DNA of 64,000 bases from Antedon mediterranea (Eukaryota; Animalia; Echinodermata). Both the position numbers and the translations under genes were made by a program. Below, piece after piece: positions 40,164-54,000 of this stretch. The notes under the pieces are model-generated. The model did not search any database. It saw only the letters and a program-made list of their open reading frames with translations, and was not told the origin of the DNA. Every line of letters begins with the position of its first letter. The stretch's first letter is position 1. Location of the stretch: NCBI RefSeq assembly GCF_964355755.1, contig NC_092677.1, forward strand, positions 4,920,101-4,984,100. The letters run 5' to 3'.

Positions 40164-43100
40164 TAGTCCAGTCAAAAATCACCCTCACCATGGTATAAGA
40201 ACGTACCCTAATAAAATTTCATCCGTAGGTTCTATGTATATAGGTAATAACATTTCTTGATGTTGCGTCTTGCAAAACTTGGGATTTTACGAGAAAATTA
40301 GACTTTTATACCCAATTTATAACTACCTCATGTCGTATTATTGTGTACAGCGAATTCGACGAAGCGTGACTAAAATTACGAGACGCCGTTAGCGCCCGTT
40401 GAAAAATGCATTAACAAAGCTAAAAACCTACAAAATTAATAGTTTATACAATAATTTAAATATAGTTTACAATAAATTGTATAATAAAATACATAACATA
40501 TAAAGAAAACCCAAGTATAATCTCAAATATTTACAGATATGTGTTTAAAAATGTACAAATCAAAATGGCCTTCCATAAAATAAAGTGCGCCCTCACTCGT
40601 CATACTTTTATCGGACTTGTATGGATGGTTATACAAGGCATTAATATATGAAACACGATGCGGTTTGTTAGTTATTGCCTCTGCAAGAGGCAGAATATTA
40701 TATTTTCACAAATATATTTCCAATTTTTATCATGGAAAAAAAGAATTGTATATATTTAAACACATTACAACCTCCAGTATACCATCATGATGGATTAAGT
40801 GTATATTTGTATATCTGCGCTGAAGCGTAATGATCTACTAGTTTTTCTGGTTTTATTTTTAGACATTCTTTTTTTTTAACAGCATTACTTGCGTGGATAT
40901 CACAATGCATTGCATATTTTGAACTATCATTCGCGATTATGATCTTAATTAGTGTAAGAACCAATCATTTAAGGATAATCCATTTCGTGTAGGCCTATAC
41001 GAAAGATACTAGGCCCTACCTCAAGTAGCCCTACTTTCACTTTCCAACAATTATTAAGAGCGTATCAAAGGGGCTGGTTGGCATTCGTCTGAATCAACAT
41101 TTATCATTTTTCCCTTTCACCCGCCGATGCCCCCACTGCCAATGGGGAGGAGGAGCCGGTTTGATCCTCTCTGAATCCGTCTGGCCTTCACATCGTACCG
41201 ATGTGTGAAGTTTGAGCCAATAAACGTCATTCATGACGATTCTTTAAGTTCGAAGTCGTCTTCCAGAATTCAAAGCATTCTAAATTTAAAGTATTTTTCC
41301 GTTTTTCCACCGTTCACATTTCACTAAATAAAAGAAAGTGAGAATGTTGGAGTGTGATTCGCGAGAAACGACATACTGTATTACCCAATTCTCCCAATTT
41401 TTTAAGACGTGACGTATATTAAATACATTCTAATATAAAGTGTTTTGGTTGAGAGTAGTCCTACAATTATTATTGGACATTTTATACACAAAAGCATGTC
41501 ATAAACGATCGGTTCACCTCCACGGCCTGAAAGTTCTCACTTGGGACAAAAAAGTAAAGTCCAGAACAAAAGTTTTATATGCATTTATTTCAAATATTGT
41601 TATCCGCCGAGTCCGACACATTTTAATGCATTTAAATAAAATTTAAAAAGCTTGGGAGAACACAGTAGTTTAATTTGTTGGCTTATTCAAATGCTTATAA
41701 ATGACGTTTTAAACATAAAAGATGTAGGCTATTTTTCCCAAAAGTGAAGATGAACATTAATTAATTAATTAAATGTAAAAGAATAACACAGTTATCCGTC
41801 AGAAGTCTTCGAACAGAAAGAATCTTCGGTGGCAGGATTACATTTTCTAAAACACGAAATTGTCTCACACATCATACGATGCCAATAAACAATTCAAAGA
41901 AAATTAAACAAAACTAACAATCACAAGGATTCTTTGTTGCGGATAACCAATGAGAAAATATTTCAGAGTACTTTATTAATTTAAATCTTTATTATATCGT
42001 ATACGCGAAATGGACTGTCATTTAAAAATGATTCTTACTCAAATTAATATTGACTATAATCGCGAATAAACAAATGCATTGTGATATCCACGCAAGTAAT
42101 GCTGTGAAAAAAAGAATGTCCAGAATATAACCAGATAACTAGAAGATCATTACGCTATAGCATATACAATACGGCGCTTCACTTAATCCATCATGATGGT
42201 AGACTGGAGGTTGTAATGTGTTTAAATATATACAATTCTTTTTTTCCATGATAAAAACTAGAAATATATTTGTGAAAATATAATATTCTGCCTCTTGCAG
42301 AGGCAATAACTAACAAACCGCATCGGGTTTCGTATTATTAATGCCTTGTATAACCATCCATACAAGTCCGATAAAAGTATGACGAGTGAGGGCGCACTTT
42401 ATTTTATGGAAGGCCATTTTGATTTGTACATTTTTAAACACATATCTGTAAATATTTGAGATTATACTTGAGTTTTCTTTATATGTTATGTATTTTATTA
42501 TACAATTTATTGTAAACTATATTTAAATTATTGTATAAACTATTAATTTTGTAGGTTTTTAGCTTTGTTAATGCATTTTTCAACGGGCGCAAACGGCGTC
42601 TCGTAATTTCAGTCACGCTTCGTCGCATTCGCTGTACACAATAATACGACATGAGGTAGTTATAAATTGGGTATAAAAGTCTAATTTTCTCGTAAAATCC
42701 CAAGTTTTGGACTAGTCCAGTCAAAAATCACCCTCACCATGGTATAAGAACGTACCCTAATAAAATTTCATCCGTAGGTTCTACGTATATAGGTAATAAC
42801 ATTTCTTGATGTTGCGTCTTGCAAAACTTGGGATTTTACGAGAAAATTAGACTTTTATACCCAATTTATAACCGCCTCATGTCGTATTATTGTGTACAGC
42901 GAATGCGACGAAGCGTGACTGAAATTACGAGACGCCGTTAGCGCCCGTTGAAAAATGCATTAACAAAGCTAAAAACCTACAAAACTAATAGTTTATACAA
43001 TGATTTAAATATAGTTTACAATAAATTATATAATAAAATACATAACATATAGATAAAACTCAAATATAAACTAAAATATTTACAGATATGTGTTTAAAAA

Positions 43101-45361
43101 TGTACAAATCAAAATGGCCTTCCATAAAATAAAGTGCGCCCTCACAAGTCATACTTTTATCGGACTTGTATGGAATGGTTATACAAGGCATTAATATACG
43201 AAACCCGATGCGATTTGTTAGTTATTGCCTCTGCAAGAGGCAGAATATTATATTTTCAAAAATATATTTCTATTTTTTATCATGGAAAAAAGGATTGTAT
43301 ATATTTAAACACATTACAACCTCCAGTCTACCATCATGATGGATTAAGTGAATTGCGCCGTATTGTATATCTGCTAAAGCGTAATGATCTCCTAGTAGTT
43401 ATCTACCTAGTTTTATTCTGGACATTCTTTTTTTTTCACAGCATTACTTGTGTGGATATCACAATGCATTGTATATTCGCGATTATAGTCAATGTTAATT
43501 TGAGTAAGAATCATTTTTATATGACAGTCCATTTCGCGTATAGGCCTACGATTTAAATGAATAAAGTCGTCTGAAATATTTTCTTATTGGTTATCCGCAA
43601 CGAAGTTAATCCTTGTGATTGTTAGTTTTGTTTAAGTTTCTTTGAATTGATTCATCCAATTTCGTCTTTTAGAAAATGTAATCCTGCCACCGAATATTTT
43701 TTATGTTCGAGACGTCTGACGGATAACTTTTACGTTTAATTAAATAATCTTCATCTTCACTTTTTGGGACAATAGCCTACATCTTTTAAGTTTAAAACGT
43801 CATTTATAAGCAATTGAATAAGCCAACAAATTAAACTACAGTGTTCTTCCAAGCTTTATAAATATTATTCAAATTCATTAAAATGCGTCGGACTCGGCGG
43901 AAAACAATATTTGAAATAAATGCATATAAAAAGATTTTTGTGGACTTTACTTTCTCGTCCCAAGTTAGAACTTTCAGGTCAGGCCGTGGAGGTGAACCAA
44001 TCGTTTATGACATGCTTTTGTGTATAAAATGTCCAATAATAATTATCATTGTAGGACTACTCTCCACCAAAAAAAGTTTATATTAGAATGTATTTATTAC
44101 GTCACGTCTTAAAAAAAGGAGAATTGGGTAATACTGTATGTTGTCGTTTCTCGCGAATCTTACATCACACTCCCACATCTCACTATCTTTTATTTAGTGA
44201 AATGTGAATGGTGGAAAAACGGGAAAATACGTTAACTTTAGAATACTTTGAAATCTGGAAGACGACTTCGAACTTAAAGAATCGTCATGAATGACGTTTA
44301 TTGGCTCAAACTTCACACATCGGTACGATGTGGAGGCTAGACGGATTCAGAGAGGATCAAACCGGCAACTCCTCCTCATTGGCAGTGGGGGAAGTGGTTG
44401 GTGGCGGCGGGTGAAAAGGGAAAATGAAAAATGTTGATTTAGACGAATCCCGACCAGCCCCTTTGATACGCTCTAAATAATTGTAGGAAAGTGAAAGGCC
44501 TACTTGAGGTAGTATCTTTCGTATAGGCCTACGCGTAATTGATTATCCTTAAATGATTGGTTCTTACTCTAATTAAGATTATAATCGCGAATGGCAGTTC
44601 AAAATATGCAATGCATTGTGATATCCACGCAAGGAATGCTGTGGAAACAAAAATGTCCAAAATAAAACCAGCAGAACTAGTAAATCATTACGCTCCAGCA
44701 GATATACAAATATACACTTTATCCATCATGATGGTATACTGGAGGTTGTAATGTGTTTAAATATATACAATCCTTTTTTCCATGATAAAAAATATAAATA
44801 AATTTGTGAAAATAAAATATTCTGCCTCTTGCGTCAAAAAAAGGCAATAACTAATAAACCGCATCGGGTTTCGTATATTTATGCCTTGTATAACCATTCA
44901 TATACAAGTCCGATAAAAGTATGACTCGTGAGAGCGCACTTTATTTTATGGAAGGCCATTTTGATTTGTACATTTTTAAAACACATATCTGTAAATATTT
45001 TAGTTTATATTTGAGTTTTCTCTATATGTTATGTATTTTATTATACAATTTATTGTAAACTATATTTAAATCATTGTATAAACTATTAGTTTTGTAGGTT
45101 TTTAGCTTTGTTAATGCATTTTTCAACGGGCGCTAACGGCGTCTCGTAATTTCAGTCACGCTTCGTCGCATTCGCTGTACACAATAATACGACATGAGGT
45201 GGTTATAAATTAGGTATAAAAGTCTAATTTTCTCGTAAAATCCCAAGTTTTGCAAGACGCAACATCAAGAAATGTTATTACCTATATACATAGAACCTAC
45301 GGGTGAAATTTTATTAGGGTACGTTCTTATACCATGGTGAGGGTGATTTTTGACTGGACTA
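40164..45361. mobile_element. Two ~2.6-kb long-TIR DNA elements (TAGTCCAGTC termini, possibly Academ-like) joined in inverted orientation into a 5.2-kb palindrome
   Basis: Copy 1 40164-42714, copy 2 42713-45361; each has ~0.7-0.8-kb TIRs; central segments are reverse complements; centre GGACTAGTCC. Superfamily assignment is tentative. Confidence 0.8.
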
Positions 45362-45673
45362 TTTGTGTTTATTTGGAAATAAGTAATATCAATATTTATA
45401 ACACGATTAGCTCGCCAGAAAAGTGCTGCCAAAGACCTAGCCTTGTGTGATACAGGCCACGCGAACCTCATTTGGCAATGTCACTTCATTTGGCGTTACA
45501 GGGCGTATTCGATCCGGCGATTTCCCACAAGTCGCGTACAAATTTATAGAAGCTCCAGTTTATTTTAGCAGAAGTTATTAAACCTGTTCAAAAGAGGGAG
45601 AGGTAACTATAGCCACATTCTACTTGATTTTAAGGAGATTAGATTTAGCCTTTACATCCAGCAGCTAACGAAA

Positions 45674-46736
45674 GGGTGTCACGAAAGCTCAGACCACGAA
45701 AGCTCAGACCCCCTAAGACCTAAGAATAGATCACGAAACCAAACACCTAAGATTACAAATATTTATCTTTCGCACCTGCCTTGTATTTTAACTCCCAACA
45801 TTTATTCTGAATACCACACCTTAGAATTGGCACTTTCATGAAAAAGAATCACATAAAAAGTAACAAATACATTTTTAAATTGATGATTTTACAGACGTTT
45901 TTCTCGCACACAAAATGACTAGCCTACAGTACAGAGTAGGCCTACCCCATGGGCCATGTTCAATGTTTTTGTTTCTATGGAACGTCAAAAGAGCAAAAAC
46001 TATATAGAGGGCTGAAAACTCTGTGGAGTCCATCTACAGTGTGGATGGAACAATGTAAAATTAAAATTGTAATGATAATAGTATAATCATGCAAGTACGA
46101 AGAAATAAATACTGGCAAATACATTTTAATTTAAAAATCAGGATAAGTTTTTTTGTTTCGTTTTCTTTCTGTTTTTATACTTGTACTATTATTGTTGCTC
46201 TTTTGGCGCTCCATAGAAACAAAAATATTGAGCATGGGGAGCTCGAGGAGTTACATTGTCATTACAGTATACAAAGAAACACATCTGTAAAATCATTATT
46301 ATGTGTTTCTCCTTCTGAAAGTACTTATAAGTCCTAATTTTAAAGTGTGGTGTTCAGGATAAAGTTAGTCAACAAATTTGGAGTCAAAATACAAGAAAGG
46401 CAGGTGCGTAAGAAAAACATCCTCTGAAGCAACACAATGGAGTAAATATATACCAACAAACAACCCGTCAAGTTTGTTTGTTGTAAAGAAAAAATATACA
46501 TTTACTCAACGGGCGAAAATAATGTGAGTTTATCTATGTTTTGCGGTAGTATTAAATTATATTTATGGTAATAAATGAAACCTACTGTGTTTAAAATTAT
46601 GTATGGATAAACAAGTATTGTTTTTAAGCTGTAGTATATCTTAGTATTTGTAATCTTTTAGGTGTTGGGTCTTAGCTTTCGTGATCTTAGGTCTTAGGGG
46701 GTCTGAGCTTTCGTGGTCTGAGCTTTCGTGACACCC
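45674..46736. mobile_element. Mutator-like foldback MITE
   Basis: TIR gggtgtcacgaaagctcagaccacgaaagctcagacc, 10-bp TSD GCTAACGAAA on both sides, inverted similarity extends ~330 bp inward. Confidence 0.9.
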
Positions 46737-48046
46737 GCTAACGAAATGGCCAGTAGTGAGTTTTAGTTAGAGAGTTAGGACAGGTTAGCTAAACCATGGA
46801 TTAAAGAATAGAATATTCTTTAATCCATGGCTAAACTAAGCGTCTACCACCCACGCTCATTTTGTCGTGGGAAAACCCAGAAACAGTGATTATCATTTGT
46901 GGGTTTATTATTGTTTTGTCCAAAATTATTGTGTTTTGCAAATTGTGTTTAGCCAGACAGGGATTTCCCATAATTTTATTCCCAACTTGAAAAAATGAAA
47001 TATCGGGAGGTTTTATAAAACTGTAGAGGGCGCTAAAATAATATGTCAAACCATAGAGGGTGCTGTGGAAAACCTAAAAATATTATCTACAATTGTTAAT
47101 GTGGATTTGTCAGGTGTCCCGAAGGCGGAAAATTATTTCATTATAACATATATACTGTACATACATATAATATTTATAACACATGAATGCATTCCGGCTA
47201 TAGGCCTATATATAAAATCTTACAGACTGATATAATTGATATGTTATTAGTATGTTTTATATTCCCTTATCGTCTAATGTAATATAAATCAATACTGTAT
47301 TAATATATCGGGAGATTTTTTTGGTTTATCCAAAATATTGGAAATACAAGAAATTGCATTTTAGCAGGAGAGCACTAGGAGATGACTCAAAATATCGAGA
47401 GACTCCCACCATCGGGAAAATTGGCAGTCTGCTAGTACTATCTTTTCCATACATCTACAGTAATCACGAACGTTCCATAGTACAGAACACTGTTACTGTG
47501 CAACGTACAAATTATTTTTTGCTGAAAAATATGCTATAATGAAAAACAAACTTGAAAGTCAATTGAAACTACTTATTGCTTTTGAAAGGCAAATGAAATT
47601 TCATTGCATTTTCACATGACTGAACACCAGTAGGCCTAACTGTTCAAACAACAATGGTAATTGTAGTTTGGAAGCCCAAATCTTGGTAGTACCACTGTAG
47701 TGGTTACTGGCTGTATAGTAATTTAAGTTTCGTTTTTCATTGACATTTTCATTCCAAACAATAGAACAAAACAGAACGAAAATGGAATGGAATGTGATAC
47801 AAGCTTTGTTTGTCAATTGGAAAAACCAATTTTGTCAGTATAGTGCTCAGAGACAAAATATATATATATATTTTAAAAATCAATTTTTTTGTAACCCTAA
47901 CGAATAAGTAAACAATTGTTAACAATAATATACATCTTTCAGATATATAAACCACTTATTTGTTATTTCAGAATGCCCAGGGTACATAGACTGTATACTC
48001 TTGACATGATTACATCAATTTAGTGTTGTATTATTTTAATATACAG

Positions 48047-51000
48047 ATGCATTTACTAGTGGGTGTAGTCATATTCTTCGTTTTTAACAATGGTAAGTAC
48101 TTCATATTTCATTTTGTTCTAACTTTTCTTTCGTTTACAAAGTAAAAGTTACATATCAATACAGTTTTATATTTAATGCTTTTTTTTTGCGATTGAAAAT
48201 AGCATTTTCTGTGCTAGTTGGTGTATGCATGTATTTTATAACTCACTGGTTTTATCTATGTTGCTGATAATCATAACATTCACACCTTGGTTTGGCTAGG
48301 TTGATTAATCAATTGTTGTATTTGGTATTACCTTTTTTATACCTCCATGGTATTACAGTATTAGTAGTTTATAGAATAAAAAACATTTCTATTGTTTCCT
48401 GATTGTACAGTATTCTTGCAATGGCACATGTCATTTGATATTAGTTAGAGAAATCTTTTTTATAACTGTTCTATCCTTTTTAAATGGCATCTATAACTTC
48501 TAGGCCTATGTAGTGAATTTATTTTAGTTGGTTCCGAGCTTTCTCAGGCGTATATATTTCCACGCGACGTACACTGCTGTCACTGAATGATAACTCATAC
48601 AAAAAGTATATTTAACTCAACTAGAACTTTTATTCCTTGTAATTCGATTAATACATCTTTCTACCTCTACCAGTCAAGCCTTAATATTTTCTTTATCAAC
48701 TTTCCGTTTATCTACTCTGATCTTATTCTCTCTTCTCCTCTAATATCTATTACATTCTACTTTATACTGGATATGCAAATTTTAGGCTTCAGAGGAGGAT
48801 AACATTTTCCCTCCAAAAATTATACGATTTTGATTGGCTAATAATAAGGCGGACCTGGTCTAAAGCATCCTTCTCTAAACACAGAGAATCACAACATCAA
48901 TAATATGACATTCCCCTTTTTGGGAAAAAGATTGTGTCAATCTTTCCAAAAATGTTAACATTTAAAACCATTTTACTTTAAACTATCTACTAATAACACC
49001 TCTATAATATATTTATGCACGGCTTAATCCATCTGCATTTCCATTTAATGATCCTTTCTTGTAAATAACTTTAAATTTATATCCTTGTAAAAACAGAGCC
49101 CATCTCATAAGTCTAACATTGGCACCCTTCATTGAGTCCATCCATCTCAATGCCTGGTGGTCAGTATGAACTTGAAATTCACAACCATACAGATAATACT
49201 TAAGTTTATTGATAGCCCAAACAATAGAGAGGCACTCTTTTTCTGGCACAGAATATCTCTGCTCATGTACAGATAACTTTCTACTTAAGTACACAATGGG
49301 ATAATCATTACCCTCACCATCTATTTGGATCAGCACTGCACCTATGCCATAATTTGAGGCATCGGTTTGCAATATAAACATCTTATCAAAATTTGGGGCT
49401 TTTAATGCATTATCATCAGTAAGTCGTTTCTTTAAAGTTACAAAGGCATTTTCACATTGTTCATTCCACTTAACGGTATTACTTTTACTCTTTAAAGTTA
49501 AATCAATCAATGGCTTAGCAATTATTGGCATAGTTCTGTACAAATTTTCTGTAATAGCCCGTTAATCCGAGAAATGATCGGACTTGTTTCTTAGACAAAG
49601 GTCTGGGGAACTTTTCCACAGCCTCAACCTTATCAATCATGGGTCTAATTTCTCCATTACCAATCTTATGCCCCAGAAATTCTACCTGTGCATAGGCAAT
49701 TTTACATTTCAAAGGCTTTGCTGTCAATCCAGCACTACTTAATCTTTCTAATACATCATTCAAATGAAAAATATGATCTTTCCAAGTTTGACTATAAATA
49801 CATATGTCATCTATATATGTCTTAGCATATCCCTCAGTACCTTGTAATACCTTATCCATTAATCTTTGGAAAGTACTAGAGCTGTTTTGCATACCAAATG
49901 GAAGTACATTGTAACAATACTGTCCAAATTGTGTAATAAATGCTGATTTGTCTTTGGTCTTAGGATCCAGAGGCACCTGGTAAAATCCTTTAGTTAGATC
50001 TAACGTAGTTATGTATATTGCGGATGATACCTCATCCAACATTTCGTCTATGCGAGGCATAACATAAGGGTCAAATTGTGTAGTCTTATTTAGTGATCTA
50101 AAATCTGTCACCATTCTAATTTGATTCTGGCCTTTCTTCAGGGCAATAATAGGTGCAGCATAGGCACTAACTGTAGGTTCTATTATACCCATAGCCAACA
50201 TACTATCTAATTCCTCTTTCAATTTACCCTTTAATGCTTGGGGCGTTCTATATGCCCTATGCCTTATAGGCATTTCACCATTAGTCTTAATTTCATGTGT
50301 CACTAAGTGAGTTCTACCTGGTACATCCGAGAATACATTCTGTTGGTACTTTAACAATTCTGTTAATTGTTTAGTTTGTGTATCATTTAAATTACTACTA
50401 ACGTTAACGTCTCTCCATGTTTGTGATTGATGATAAGACAATCCTATGTCTATTTCACTATCTAACTCATTGTCATGGACTGTTTCATTTAAGTCTACTT
50501 CTTCTATCGACTGAACATTTGTTACTACATAATAACCATCTTTACTTATTTCTACTTTATCATACCATCTCTTTAACATATTAACATGTAGAATTTGTTT
50601 TTCTTTTCTTCTACCTCCTATGTATATTTCATAATTTACATCATTGACCTTTTTTGTAACAGTGAAGGGGCCTTGCCATTTACTGTCTAACTTACTATTT
50701 CCTACTGGAAGGAATATCAACACTTTGTCCCCTTCTACTGTACAAATTCTCTATCAATAGCATTCTTGTTATAATTGTGGGACATAATTTCTTGTTGTTC
50801 AAGTTTGTTTACATTAGCATCTTTCATTAATTCCTCCATTTTTTCTCTTATGTCTAACATGTATTTGATAACATCAGTAGATGTTTCTTCATATTCTACC
50901 CAATTACTTTTGAGTAAACTCAAGGGTCCCCTCACCTCTCTACCATAAAGCAATTTAAAAGGTGAATGGCCCGTCGCTTTACTAGGAACTTCTCTGTATG

Positions 51001-54000
51001 CAAACAGAAAGGGGGGTATGTAGTTATCCCAATTTTTTCTTTGCTTAACTGTAAGTGTCCTTATCATATTTTTCAATGTACCGTGAAATCTTTCAACAAG
51101 CCCATTGCTTTGGGGGTGGTACACTGTAGTCTTTAATTGATTAATCCCCAACATACTACATATAGATTGCATAATTGAAGACATGAAATTAGTTCCTTGA
51201 TCATGTACAATCTCTTCGGGTAATCCTACTCTAGTAAAGACTTCTATTAGAGCCCTGGCTACTGTTTCAGCTCTAACATTGGGTAACGGGATAGCATCCG
51301 GATATCTCGTAGCATAGTCAATTATAGTAAGCATATATTTGTTATTACGGCTTGTTCTAGATAAGGGTCCAACAATGTCTATCGCTATACGTTTAAATGG
51401 TGTACTTATAATCGGTAATGGTATCAAAGTATGTTTCCTTTTACTTTTACCCTTATCTACCTTTTGGCATTCCTTACAGACTTTACAATAGACTACCACA
51501 TCTTTAAATATACCTGGCCAATAGAATTGGTTCAGGACCCTACTTTTAGTTTTCTCAACACCCATGTGACCTGCAAATGGCACATTATGACCTAAGTGTA
51601 ATACACCCTGTCTACACTGAGTGGGTAATACAATCTGTTCCACTTGGTTATTCTTATCTTTAATACTACTCCAATTTCTCATCAATATACCTTGTCTCAT
51701 AAAGAAACATACCCTATGCTGACCTATTTCTTCTATAGGGACTACCCTGTCAAACACTCCTTTGAGTGAGTCATCCTTAGTTTGCAATTTGATCAGTTCT
51801 TGTTTAGTTAGGTTCAGCTTGTGCTGTTGTTTTATGTTTAACTGTTTTATCTTTAGCTTTATCCTCATTTTCGTCAAACAAATTATTCATTTCTGTTCCA
51901 TTCATATCATCTAAACACTTAGTTTTATTTACTTTGTTGTCATTTACTACTGTTTTCAACAATTGTACATTAGTTTCTTTAGGCGGCTCTTCTATCGGCT
52001 TAAAGTTACTATCTTTCCCTAACAATATCATTTCGTCTTGTATTCTAACATCATTTTCTATTCTGGCTTGCTCCCTAGTTAGGACGAACATTTCTTTAGC
52101 CATTGTTTCCCCACAATTCTGGTCCAAATCATGACCCAATAACATGTCCCTCTGTAATCCTTCGATTACGGCTACAATCACTTTTCCTGTCACTATCTTA
52201 CTTTCTATAGCTACCTCAGCTAAGGGGACGGTAATATCGCCTCCTATACCTCTTAACGTAACCCATTTTCCTGGCAAGTAACATTTGTTAGGCACTAGAC
52301 TTTCCTTAACAGCTGACTGGGTACATCCCGAGTCTCTAAGCATAGTTATATCCTGTCCTTCTAATTTTCCTGGTATTATACACTTCTCCATTTTATTTTC
52401 TACACTATCCATAACTACTTGGGGTCTATCTGATTTTATTCCTTTACATCTTAAGCCATCTTTCACATTCGGGCCCTTCTTAGTGTCACTAGTCTTTCCT
52501 TTTGCTACCATCTTAGGACAATCCCCTATTTTATGTCCCTTCTCTTTACAATTGAAGCATAGGCCATTAATCCATTCATTTAAAGGTTCTCTCTGTTGGA
52601 AATTTCTACCATAGTTATGGAATTTGCCTCCCCTTCCGCGATACCTATTGTATCCTTGCTGCCTAGCTCCAGGGTTATTCTGAGTCGTACTATTCTTAGG
52701 TTTACTATTTTCTTGGCCCTTATAATACGTAGGCTTATTTTCAGAATTTACGGCATTCCAATAGCCACGGCCACCTCTATTAGCTATATAATCATCGGCT
52801 ATCATAGCCATATCATTGCTCTTATTTACTTGTTTATCTCTAAGATAAAGCCTCAGATCTTCAGGCATCATCTTCTTTTACATTAGCACATTTCATCCAA
52901 CATTTTAAATAATGGGAGAGCTCATTCAGCCATTCCCTGATGGACATATCTTTAACTCTGTTTGAATTTCTAAATTTAAATCTGTAGGTCTCTGCGGACA
53001 CATCATACTTTTCTAAGATTGCCTTCTTTAAGGTATCATAATCTACACATTCTTTTACGCTTAAGGATGCATATGCTGTCCTAGCTTTACCAGACAGTTC
53101 AGGTGCTAACCTAGCAGACCACGTATTCTTATCCCAACCTGTGGCTTCTGCCAAGTGTTCAAATGTTCTAAAATATATATCAATATCATCTGATTCCTTC
53201 AAAGTAGGAACCTTTACCTTCATTTCATCTACTATATTCCTAGCATTACTGTAGCTAGACCTATTTTCTAATTCCATCATTTTCACTCTTTCTTGTGATT
53301 CTATTTTCTTTTGCTCTATATCTGCTTCTAATCTTAATTGGTCTTGTTGGTATTGTAATTTTAACTTTTTGTTTTCGGCCTCAAACTTCATTCGAAAATA
53401 TTTGAGCATCATATCTTTAGGCATACCGCCGGGTATTTCGGGCAAATCAATATCCCTAGCCATTTTATCATATATTTCATTGACTTGGTCAACCTCTTCT
53501 TGGTCAACCATATCTTCCCTAGTATCTTTTTCTGACATAGTCTTATCTATATTTTTACCCGATCTTAAAGTTGTCATGCTAATAACAATTTTACTAATGA
53601 AATATGTAAACTTATGTATACAAAATATGTTATAAAAGTATTTGTATTACCTTGATTCCATTCAGATATGTAAAAATATGAAATCCACATAAATTTTTAA
53701 ATGCAATACAATATAAGACATTAATTTACTTCAAAATCAAAGTCACAAACAACGTTCCAAGTTCGCTCCGTACAAAAATTTACTTTCGAAATAAAAATAG
53801 TTTACAAAGTCAGCTTTGCAAATCTTCTCCAAATTTACTGGGCTTCCTTCTGTTACTTCAGTCTTCTTCTTTCAGACCTCGGTGAATATATACAGTATCT
53901 CCGATGAATATCCAGCAGTCTTGAGCTCAACAGTATTTCTTCTTCGTTGTAATATCCAAACAACGCACGGTATAAAAACTGTCAGGAATCCAGATCTTCG

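Larger units (their letters stand above)
38250..45500. mobile_element. Possible ~7.2-kb TIR element enclosing the palindromic region
   Basis: tgtcacgccaaatgaggtaccactgccaaatgaggt on the left, inverted acctcatttggcaatgtcacttcatttggcgttaca on the right; no TSD recognised. Confidence 0.45.

Noticed and set aside
42479-44751. Short ORFs in the palindromic element as transposase
   Set aside because: Frames are not conserved between the four arm copies and no DDE motif is evident
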